In this document: positions 7,745 to 17,887 of the stretch, one piece after another | How positions within the stretch are numbered: the stretch's first letter is position 1 | Layout: every line of letters begins with the position of its first letter | Source: Acidobacteriota bacterium | GTDB lineage: Bacteria > Acidobacteriota > Vicinamibacteria > Vicinamibacterales > UBA2999 | Length of the DNA stretch: 64,000 nucleotides | Assembly: GCA_021730945.1 (NCBI GenBank) | Contig: JAKFYH010000049.1 | Coordinates: 19,855-83,854 of the forward strand | Direction: 5' to 3' | Notes under the pieces: model-generated | What the model was told of the DNA's origin: nothing | The model's database searches: none | Seen by the model: the letters and a program-made list of their open reading frames with translations, nothing else | Position numbers and translations under genes: made by a program

Positions 7745-10294
7745 ATGAGCATGGATACCCTTCGCCAGGACCTTCGCCACTCTCTGCGGAGCCTGCTCGG
7801 CGCGCCGGCCTTCACCGTCATCACGATCCTGACGCTCGGCTTGGGGATTGGCGCCAACACCGCGATCTTCTCGATCGTCAATGGCGTGATCCTGCGGCCG
7901 CTCGGCTATCCGCAACCTCAACAGCTGATGTATTTGACGACGCAGTTTCCGGCGTTCGGGTTTGAACAGTTCTGGGTCTCGCCGCCCGAGTACATGGAGT
8001 TTCGCGAGCTCAACCAATCGTTTGCCTCGGTCGGCGCCTACACGACCGGCGAGGTCAACCTGACCGCCGGTGACCGCCCGCTGCGGGTCCGCTCGGCATC
8101 GGTCGACGAACACCTGCTGCGCGCGCTCGGTGTGCAGGCGGCATCCGGACGGCTGTTTGGCGACGGCGAAACCAACGTGACCGCTCCGCCGCCGGCGCCG
8201 GGGCCGTCGACGTTGCCACCGCCGCTGCCGCCGCAGATCGCCCTGCTCTCGCACGAACTCTGGCAAAGCGCGTTCGGCGGCCAGGCCATGATCGGGCAGA
8301 CGGTTGAAGTGAACGGGCTTCGCCGCGAAGTGATCGGCATCATGCCGCCGGGCATGGATGTGATGGACAACCGCACCGAGATCTGGCTGCCGCTCGGGTT
8401 GAATGCGGCGAACCGGCTGAACCGCGGCAACCACTACCTCTACCTGGTCGGCCGTCTGAAGGACGGGGTCACCCCGCAGGCCGCGCAGACGGAGTTAACC
8501 GCACTGATCCAGAACTGGGGCGAACGGGTCGGCGCGAAGAATCACGTGTTTGCGCCGCCGCCCAAGGACGAGGCGGCGCGGCGCGCCTTTCCCGGCGCCG
8601 GGCACATGCTGCAGATGAAGCCGGTGCAGGACGAGATCGTCGGCGCCGCGAGCCAGTCGATCTGGGTGTTGCAGGCCGCGGTGGGCTTCGTGCTGCTCAT
8701 TGCCTGCGCCAACCTTGCCAACCTGCTGTTGGCGCGGGCCGAGACGCGGCATCGCGAGTTCGCGGTCCGCACGGCGCTTGGCGCCGGTCGCGGCCGCTTG
8801 CTTCGGCAATTCATGACCGAGGGCGTGCTGTTGTCGCTGGCCGGTGGCGCGTTGGGGCTGCTGCTGGCGCAAGCGGGTGTTGCGGCCCTGCTGCGGGCAT
8901 ATCCCATCAGCCTGCCGCGCACGAGCGAAGTCACCGTCGATCCGCTCGTGCTGGTCTTCACCTTTGCCGTCTCGATTGCGACCGGCCTGGTATTTGGCCT
9001 TGCGCCGATCATGCACACGCGGGTCGCGGGTCTGGTCACGGCGCTCAAGGAAGGCGGCGCCCGCGGCGCGACCGGCGCGGCGCGGCATCATGTGCGCCGC
9101 GGCCTGGTGATGGCGGAAGTGGCCCTCGCGGTGATGCTGGTGATTGGCGCCGGACTGTTGCTGCGGACCGTCTACAACCTGTCGACCGTGGATGCCGGCT
9201 TTGACCGCTCGCGCCTGGTGACCTTTTCCATGACCCTGGCGCAAGCCAACTACCCGGCGGCCCCCGCCCGCGCCCAGATGTTCCAACGGCTGCTGACCCG
9301 CATGCGATCCGTGCCGGGCGTGCAATCGGTGTCGGCAATGTCCGGCCTGCCGCCCAACCGGCCGCTCAATGCCAACGACACCGAGATCGACAACTACACC
9401 GCGCCGCCCGAAGGGCCGTACGAAAACGTCGACTACTACCAGAACGTGATGTCGGACTATTTCGAGACCATGGGGATTCCGATCGTGCAGGGCCGCGGCT
9501 TTCAGGCGACCGACGCCACCGCGACGGGCATGGTGGCAGTGGTCAACGAGACGCTGGTCAATACGTTCTGGAAAGGCCTGAACCCAATTGGCCAGCGGCT
9601 GCGCCCGTGTTGCGGCGACCAGGTGCCGTGGTTCACGGTGGTGGGAGTGGCCAAGGACGTCAAGCAGGGCGGGGTCGATCAGAAAACCGGGACCGAGTTC
9701 TACGTCCTCACCGACCAGACGGCCAACGTGCCGCCGCCGATGGCGCTGGCGCCATCGACCATGAACATCGTGCTGCGCTCGACGCTGCCGCCGGCCGCGC
9801 TCGCCTCGACCATCGAAAGCGTGGTGCGCGAGGCCGACCCCACCGTGCCGGTGGTCCGCCTGCGCGACATGGACGGCGTGTTCGACGAATCGATCCGCCG
9901 GCCGCGGCTGCTGGCGCAGCTACTGGGCGCCTTCGCCGGTCTCGCCCTGTTGCTGGCGGCGATCGGCACCTACGGCGTGCTGTCGTACATGGTCACCGAG
10001 CGGCGCCGTGAAATCGGCATCCGCATGGCGCTTGGCGCCGATCAGTCGAGTGTGCTCGCGCAGGTCATGCGGCAAGGGCTGACGCTGACCACGGTGGGCG
10101 TGGTGGCCGGCCTGGCCGGCGCCTTCGCGCTCAACCGGTTGATCGCGTCACTCCTGTACGGCGTGCAGCCCACCGACCCGGTGACGATGGTGGCGGTGAT
10201 TGCGACGATTACGCTGGTCGCCGCCGTCGCGTGCTGGATACCGGCGTGGCGCGCCTCGCGGGTGGATCCCAACGTGGTGTTGCGGGACGATTAG
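7745..10294 (+). CDS. Duplicated MacB/FtsX-type ABC permease (ADOP-like orphan permease)
   Basis: 849 aa. The N-terminus LRQDLRHSLRSLLGAPAFTVITILTLGLGIGANTAIFSIVNGVILRPL is typical of the family. It has two MacB-periplasmic plus FtsX-like halves. No ATPase gene is adjacent. Confidence 0.85.
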   Translation: MSMDTLRQDLRHSLRSLLGAPAFTVITILTLGLGIGANTAIFSIVNGVILRPLGYPQPQQLMYLTTQFPAFGFEQFWVSPPEYMEFRELNQSFASVGAYTTGEVNLTAGDRPLRVRSASVDEHLLRALGVQAASGRLFGDGETNVTAPPPAPGPSTLPPPLPPQIALLSHELWQSAFGGQAMIGQTVEVNGLRREVIGIMPPGMDVMDNRTEIWLPLGLNAANRLNRGNHYLYLVGRLKDGVTPQAAQTELTALIQNWGERVGAKNHVFAPPPKDEAARRAFPGAGHMLQMKPVQDEIVGAASQSIWVLQAAVGFVLLIACANLANLLLARAETRHREFAVRTALGAGRGRLLRQFMTEGVLLSLAGGALGLLLAQAGVAALLRAYPISLPRTSEVTVDPLVLVFTFAVSIATGLVFGLAPIMHTRVAGLVTALKEGGARGATGAARHHVRRGLVMAEVALAVMLVIGAGLLLRTVYNLSTVDAGFDRSRLVTFSMTLAQANYPAAPARAQMFQRLLTRMRSVPGVQSVSAMSGLPPNRPLNANDTEIDNYTAPPEGPYENVDYYQNVMSDYFETMGIPIVQGRGFQATDATATGMVAVVNETLVNTFWKGLNPIGQRLRPCCGDQVPWFTVVGVAKDVKQGGVDQKTGTEFYVLTDQTANVPPPMALAPSTMNIVLRSTLPPAALASTIESVVREADPTVPVVRLRDMDGVFDESIRRPRLLAQLLGAFAGLALLLAAIGTYGVLSYMVTERRREIGIRMALGADQSSVLAQVMRQGLTLTTVGVVAGLAGAFALNRLIASLLYGVQPTDPVTMVAVIATITLVAAVACWIPAWRASRVDPNVVLRDD

Positions 10295-10319
10295 GGCGGC
10301 CCCGCAGTATCGCTGGGCC

Positions 10320-10490
10320 GAAGGGCGAGCTCGCTTCGCTCGCTCGTGGGGCTCGCGCCTGCGGCGCTCGTTGGGCTCGGGCGCTTAGCGCCCTCGTGGG
10401 GAATACCCACGTGCGATGCGAGCCCCAGGAAGCGAGCGTAGCGAGCGACCCCCACGAGGCGGCGGAGCCGCCGAGCCCCACCGCCGCTGT
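10320..10490. repeat. Composite GC-rich palindromic intergenic element
   Basis: Direct copies ending in CTCGTGGGG or CTCGTTGGG occur three times. An imperfect inverted copy also exists: GAGCTCGCTTCGCTCGCTCGTGGGGCTC at 10327-10353 versus GAGCCCCAGGAAGCGAGCGTAGCGAGCGA at 10420-10448. No credible ORF lies within it. Confidence 0.6.
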
Positions 10491-10495
10491 ATGAT

Positions 10496-11642
10496 GTGCG
10501 GCAAATGGATCGACGTTCCCTGCTGAAGTTCGGCGGCCTGGCCGCCGCCGGTTTTGCCGCGCAGGCCTGCGCGCCGAGGACCGCTGCCCGGCCGCAGGCG
10601 GCGGCGCCAAGCCGGCCGCCCGTGCGCCTGCCGCCGGTTCACGCCGCGTGGGACCGGGTGATTCGCACCACGATCGGGCTCCGGCCGCATCGCCCCTCGG
10701 GCTTTGTCCTCAAGGCCGGCAAGCTCGACGCCAAGACCATCATCCACAACTTCGGCCACGGCGGTTCCGGCATGTCACTGTCGTGGGGCACCGCGTCGAT
10801 GGCCTGCGACCTGGCGCTGCCGCACGGCGAGCGGACGGCGGCGGTCATGGGGTCTGGGGTCGTCGGGCTGACCTCGGCGCGCGAACTGCAGCGGCACGGA
10901 TTCGCCGTGACGATCTATGCGGCCACCGTACCGCCCGACACGACCTCGAACATGTCGCTGGCGGGCTGGACGCCAACCTCGGGCCTGGTCGATTTCAAGA
11001 GCCGCACGGCCGAGTGGGACGAACAGTTTCGCACCGCGGTTCGCATTGCCTACCGGCGCCTGCAACTGCTGACCGGACCGAAGTACGGCATCACCTGGAT
11101 CACCAACTACGCGCCGACCGACAACGAGGCAGCCGCGCGTGGTGGCAACGTGCTGATGCCGGACGATATCGCCAACCCGCGGGTATTGCTGCAGCCGGGC
11201 GAGCACCCGTTTCCCACCAAGTACGCGATCGAGCGGCCTGAAATGCGCATCGAACCGTCGATCTATCTCGACGCGCTGACCAACGATTTCCTGCTGTGGG
11301 GCGGCAAGGTGGTGATTCGCAAGTTCGAGACGCCCCAGGATGTCGCGAGCTTGCGCGAGAACGTGATCATCAACTGCACGGGCCTCGGTTCGAAGGCGCT
11401 GTTCAACGATCCGGAGCTGATGCCGCTCAAGGGCCAGTTGACGATCCTGGTGCCGCAATCGGAGATTACCTACTCGACCAGCGGCGGGGCGCGGGCGCCG
11501 GTGACACCAGAGGCCGGCTTCATCCACATGATGCCGCGCTCGGACGGCATTGTGCTCGGCGGCACTTCGATCCGCGACGATTGGTCGCTGACCATCAACG
11601 AAGCCGAACGTCAACGCATCGTCGAGACCCACATCGAATTGT

Positions 11643-11668
<26 letters not shown>
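10496..11668 (+). CDS. Tat-exported FAD-dependent oxidoreductase, D-amino-acid-oxidase-like
   Basis: It has a twin-arginine leader (MDRRSLLKFGGLAAAGFAAQACA), a dinucleotide fold (AVMGSGVVGLTSARELQRHGFAVTIYA) and a DAO-family length. Confidence 0.75.
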
Positions 11669-13763
<2,095 letters not shown>

Positions 13764-13818
13764 CTTCGTGATCGAACCCTCGTCCTTGAACCGTCGTGGT
13801 TGAACCGTCGTCCTTGCC

Positions 13819-15225
13819 CTACTTCGCCCTCGCCAAATCGACGACGGCGTCCCAGGTGAAGCGGACGAAGCGATGTAGCTCGCTTTCCAGGATCCGCTCC
13901 TGATCGCTGTGCGCGCCGTAGCCCTTGGGGCCGTCCTCGCTGTCGAGCGCCGGGCCGATGCCGTAGCACTGCATACCCTTTTGGCGCAGGAACGCCATGT
14001 CGGTGGCACCGGTGCTCATGGTCGGCAGCGTGACGGTCTTGTAGTGCTTGGTGATGTTGGCTTCAATGATCTTGAAGGCGTCGGAGTCGAGCTTGGCGGT
14101 GGGCGTCGGCGGCCGGGTATCGCGCGCGCCGTAGCTCACGGCGACCTGGGGGTCGTTGACCACTTGCTGGACCAACTCGAGGAACTTCGTCGGGTCCTCA
14201 TCGGGCGCCAGCCGCGTGTCGATGGTGGCCGTGCCTTCCGACGGGATCACATTGGTGCGATAGCCGCCGCTGATCATGGTCGGCGACAACGACGTGCGCA
14301 GCATCGACCAGTGACTCGGTTCGTTCTTGCGCAGATAGGCATCGGCCGGTCCCGAGATCTTCGGATCGGGATTGAGGATGTCGCGATAGCGCGCGGCCTC
14401 TTCCGGCGTCGAGACGGTGGCCAGCCGCTTGAAATAGGCGGCGGTGGTCTCGTTGATGCGCATGGGTGGTGTCCACGCCGCGATGGCGCCGACCGCCTCG
14501 CCCAGATGCGCGAGGGCGTTGGTCTCGAGCGGCACCGAGCCGTGGCCGGCCACGCCCTTGGCCGTCACCGTGATCGCGCGCGGAATTTTCTCAACCGTCT
14601 GGACGCGGGCGAACTTCACCTCGCCGCCCGTGCGGGTGACGCCGCCGCCCTCGGCGTAGCAGAACTCGGCATCGATCTCCGGCCAGTGCTGGTTGGCCAT
14701 GAACTGGATGCCGAGCCGGGACGAACCCTCTTCACCGGCTTCGATCAGCAGGATCACGTCGCGATCCAGCTTCACGTTCATCCGCTTCAGCATCAGCATG
14801 GTCACCACGTTGGCGACCACGTTGTCCTTGTCGTCGACCGTGCCGCGGCCGTAAACGTAGCCGCCGTCACGCGCGGCGCCGAAGGGTGGATGGGTCCACT
14901 TCGCGGGATCGACGTTGACGGTGTCGCTATGCGCCATCAACAGCAGCGGCCGCTGCTTGCCGCTGCCCTTGAGGCGGGCCACCAGATTGGGGCGGTGCGC
15001 CTCCATCGCGTAGGTCTGGACAGCAATGCCCTCGGCCTCGAGCACCTGCTTCAGGTAGGCGACCACGTGGTCTTCCTTCCCCGGCGGATCGGTGGAGTCC
15101 ATCCTGAGGATGGCCTGGAAGTGACGCAGGGTCTCTTCCTCGATCTTCGCCCAGTCGGGCTGGGCCGGCGTCTGGGCAAGAAGCGAGGTGGACAACAGGC
15201 TGGCGATCAGGAGGGATGCGCGCAT
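13819..15225 (-). CDS. Secreted M20 family metallopeptidase
   Basis: It has a signal peptide (MRASLLIASLLSTSLLAQTPA). The metal-binding motifs are LLMAHSDTV, GRGTVDDKD and LLIEAGEEG. Confidence 0.85.
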   Translation of the reverse strand: MRASLLIASLLSTSLLAQTPAQPDWAKIEEETLRHFQAILRMDSTDPPGKEDHVVAYLKQVLEAEGIAVQTYAMEAHRPNLVARLKGSGKQRPLLLMAHSDTVNVDPAKWTHPPFGAARDGGYVYGRGTVDDKDNVVANVVTMLMLKRMNVKLDRDVILLIEAGEEGSSRLGIQFMANQHWPEIDAEFCYAEGGGVTRTGGEVKFARVQTVEKIPRAITVTAKGVAGHGSVPLETNALAHLGEAVGAIAAWTPPMRINETTAAYFKRLATVSTPEEAARYRDILNPDPKISGPADAYLRKNEPSHWSMLRTSLSPTMISGGYRTNVIPSEGTATIDTRLAPDEDPTKFLELVQQVVNDPQVAVSYGARDTRPPTPTAKLDSDAFKIIEANITKHYKTVTLPTMSTGATDMAFLRQKGMQCYGIGPALDSEDGPKGYGAHSDQERILESELHRFVRFTWDAVVDLARAK

Positions 15226-15252
15226 GGCGGTAGCCTAACACGGGGGTTCAAG

Positions 15253-15300
15253 CCCGTGATCGCTCCCCCGTGATCGCACCTCCGCGATCGGACCCCGTCA
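15253..15300. repeat. 14-bp tandem repeat (about 3.4 units)
   Basis: The sequence CCCGTGATCGCTCC CCCGTGATCGCACC TCCGCGATCGGACC CCGTCA lies between the sigma-factor stop and the M20 start. Confidence 0.7.
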
Positions 15301-16932
15301 CTTCCGCACCTGCCACGCCCTTCGCAGCAGCAGCCCGATTGGAACGATGATGGCGAGCAACACGATGCCGGGAATGGCGGCGGTGAACCAACCAACCGGG
15401 GCCGTGAACCACTGCGCCGCGAACCAATCCACGGCGGCCTGGGTGTTGGCCTCGGCCGCTTGCGCCATGCCGCCGACGGCAAACTCCCGGGCAATGGCGG
15501 CGCCGCCGGCCGCTGCCTGCCAGCCGACCGCCGCCACGCCGAAGGCCCACCAGCCGGCGGCCAGGCTGCCGAAGGCCAGACCGCCGACGGCGACGCCGGC
15601 AATGCTCAAGCTCAGCAGCCCGATGGTGACTCCGCCGATTGCGATCGGCGCGATCGCGATGCCGCCGATTGCGATCAGCGGGCTGATCGCCAGGTCGCCG
15701 ACGGCCACCCACGCGCGCACCGCGCGCGAGGGCGCCGCGCCCATGTCCATGCCGCCGCTGCCATAGGCGAAAATCGGCCAGCCGAGCCACCGCCGGCCGG
15801 ACTCGTATCGCTTGCCGCCGGCCAGGCTCAGGCCGCGCGCGGCCAGGTGGGCGGCGTAGGCCGCATCCTCGGTGCCGGTTTCCTGGCGAATCCTGGCGAT
15901 GGTTCTCTGCGATCGCTGGCCCAGCCGGATCAAGTAGGTCAGCAGGACTGCAGTCCATGCCGATGGCACGATCACGAAGTACCACGGCGATGGTTCGATT
16001 GCGGTGCGCCCGAAGTAAATCAGGCCGAGCAGGATCACGACCGCGGGAATTACGAACTGCATCGCCGAGCGGAAGCTGCGCGCCACCTCCCGCCGTTCGG
16101 GTTCCGAGCGTGCCGTCTTACCAACGGCCTTCGATGCGATCCACGCGATCGACAGGCCGGTCGCGGGACCGGCAATGGCCGCGGCGCCAAGGCCGGCCGC
16201 GCCCGCGGCGCCCTTGCCCGCCGCGCCACCCGTGACGGCGGCGCCGGCAAACGCGGCCGCCGGTGTGGTGACGGCGATGGCGCCGAGGACCGCGGCGGTG
16301 AAGGCGGCGTTTGGCCGGCTTCTCGCGAGCGTCGACTCCAGCATCGCGGCCACTTCGTCGCGCAGCAAGGCTCGCCCGCGCGACAGACGCTGCTTCACCG
16401 CGTCGGCCGACAGGTCCAGGCCGGCCGCGACCTCAGCCACCGACTGATCCTCGCGATAGAAGAGGACCATGGGCTCCCGGTACTGCTCGGGCATGCGCTC
16501 GAGCGCCCGCCACAGCAGCGACTCCTCCTCGTTCGAGACCGCCTGCTGTTCGGGGTTGTCTTCCTGCGCCGCCGGCTCGGCGATCTGCGCCAGGTCTTCC
16601 GCTGGACCGCCGCGGCGGCGCTCGACGCGCACTGCGCTGGCCGACAGGTTGCGGACGATGCCGCACAGCCAGGAGCGCAACAAGGCGGGATCACGCAGGT
16701 CGCCAAGTTGCCGCCAGGCAGTCACGAAGGTTTCCTGCGCCAGATCCTGGGAGCCGGCCAGGTTCCCGGTCCGGCTGTAGGCCAGTGAACAGACCAGGTT
16801 CTGGTAGCGGCTCACAATCTGGCCGAACGCGTCGCGGTCGCCGCGCCGCGACGCCTGCCACAGGGCTTCGTCCGGGGTGGTGAGGTGATCCATCAAGGTG
16901 TTCATGCACTCCAAGTGGTCGCGAGTGCGCAA
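15298..16932 (-). CDS. ECF (sigma-70 family) sigma factor fused to a roughly 350-aa polytopic membrane domain
   Basis: The sigma-2 region is FGQIVSRYQNLVCSLAYSRTGNLAGSQDLAQETFVTAWRQL and the sigma-4 region is EQYREPMVLFYREDQSVAEVAAGLDLSADAVKQRLSRGRALLRDE. These are followed by many Gly/Ala/Ile-rich hydrophobic segments in the same ORF. The start may be ATG 16905. Confidence 0.8.
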   Translation of the reverse strand: MRTRDHLECMNTLMDHLTTPDEALWQASRRGDRDAFGQIVSRYQNLVCSLAYSRTGNLAGSQDLAQETFVTAWRQLGDLRDPALLRSWLCGIVRNLSASAVRVERRRGGPAEDLAQIAEPAAQEDNPEQQAVSNEEESLLWRALERMPEQYREPMVLFYREDQSVAEVAAGLDLSADAVKQRLSRGRALLRDEVAAMLESTLARSRPNAAFTAAVLGAIAVTTPAAAFAGAAVTGGAAGKGAAGAAGLGAAAIAGPATGLSIAWIASKAVGKTARSEPERREVARSFRSAMQFVIPAVVILLGLIYFGRTAIEPSPWYFVIVPSAWTAVLLTYLIRLGQRSQRTIARIRQETGTEDAAYAAHLAARGLSLAGGKRYESGRRWLGWPIFAYGSGGMDMGAAPSRAVRAWVAVGDLAISPLIAIGGIAIAPIAIGGVTIGLLSLSIAGVAVGGLAFGSLAAGWWAFGVAAVGWQAAAGGAAIAREFAVGGMAQAAEANTQAAVDWFAAQWFTAPVGWFTAAIPGIVLLAIIVPIGLLLRRAWQVRK

Positions 16933-16962
16933 AAGGTGACACCGCCGGGTCGGCCCGCGGGT

Positions 16963-17850
16963 TTAGCGGACGACGCCCCTGCGGGCGCGCACGCGGTAAG
17001 AGGTGTCTGACACCTTGACCCGGATGGTGTGCAGTTTGCCGTCGCCCCGGGTGGCCGGGGTGTAGCCAATCATGTACTGGTGATTGAGCTCCTCGGCAAT
17101 CCGCTCGGTGGCCGGCCCCAGCTCGGCGGCGCTGCCGATGATCTCGGTATAACCGCCGCCCTGGCTGGTGAGCTCGTTCAAGGTATAGGGGTTGATGCGC
17201 GTGGAGTTGCGGGCGTCGAGTGAGTTGATGCCAATCGCGTAGAGAAAAACGTCGCTGCGCATGAGCTTCGGCTTGAGTGCCGTCGGCGAGATGTCGCTGG
17301 CGGTGTCGGCGCCATCCGAGACCAGCAGGATCGCCGCGCGCGGACGCAGGCGCGATTCAAATAGCGGCAGCGACACGTCGATCGCGTCGTAGAGGGCGGT
17401 GCCGCCTGAAGGCGTGATCTGATCCAGCTTCTGGCGCATGCCGCCCCGCTCGGTGGTCCACGGCCCCAGCATCTTGGTCTCGTGATTGAAACCAAGCAGC
17501 GCCGCTTCGTCGTCCACCGCCAGCAACGTGTCGAGGAAGTTGGCGAGCGCGCCGCGGGCGTCGGCCATGCGCTGGCCGCGCATGCTGTCGCTGATGTCGA
17601 GCGTCAGCGCCAGGCTTACCGGCACCCGCTCTTTCGTGAACTGCGTGATCGGCTGCGCCACGCCGTCTTCTTCGATGGTGAAGTCTTCCTGCCGCAGGGT
17701 GGTCACGAGCCGGCCGTCGGCGTCGCGCACGGTCACCGCCGTCGTGACCAGTTCCGAGGCGGCGCGGAAGTTGTTGTTGCGCAGATCGATTGGCCGCTGC
17801 ACCAGCGCCAGCGGAAACAGCAGCAGCGTGGCAAGCAGCTTACTCAGCAA
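16963..17850 (-). CDS. Secreted VWFA (acidobacterial VWFA-related type) protein
   Basis: The family N-domain is ELVTTAVTVRDADGRLVTTLRQEDFTIEEDGVAQPITQF. The VWA core is LALTLDISDSM and the C-terminus is HTIRVKVSDTSYRVRARRGV. Confidence 0.85.
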   Translation of the reverse strand: MLSKLLATLLLFPLALVQRPIDLRNNNFRAASELVTTAVTVRDADGRLVTTLRQEDFTIEEDGVAQPITQFTKERVPVSLALTLDISDSMRGQRMADARGALANFLDTLLAVDDEAALLGFNHETKMLGPWTTERGGMRQKLDQITPSGGTALYDAIDVSLPLFESRLRPRAAILLVSDGADTASDISPTALKPKLMRSDVFLYAIGINSLDARNSTRINPYTLNELTSQGGGYTEIIGSAAELGPATERIAEELNHQYMIGYTPATRGDGKLHTIRVKVSDTSYRVRARRGVVR

Positions 17851-17856
17851 TTCCTA

Positions 17857-17887
17857 TCCCAAGTCCCAAGCCCCAAGTCCCAAGCCC
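17857..17887. repeat. Heptamer tandem repeat (YCCCAAG) x4 filling an intra-operon spacer
   Basis: The sequence TCCCAAG TCCCAAG CCCCAAG TCCCAAG CCC lies between the propeller-gene stop (17887) and the VWFA start (17850). Confidence 0.8.
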
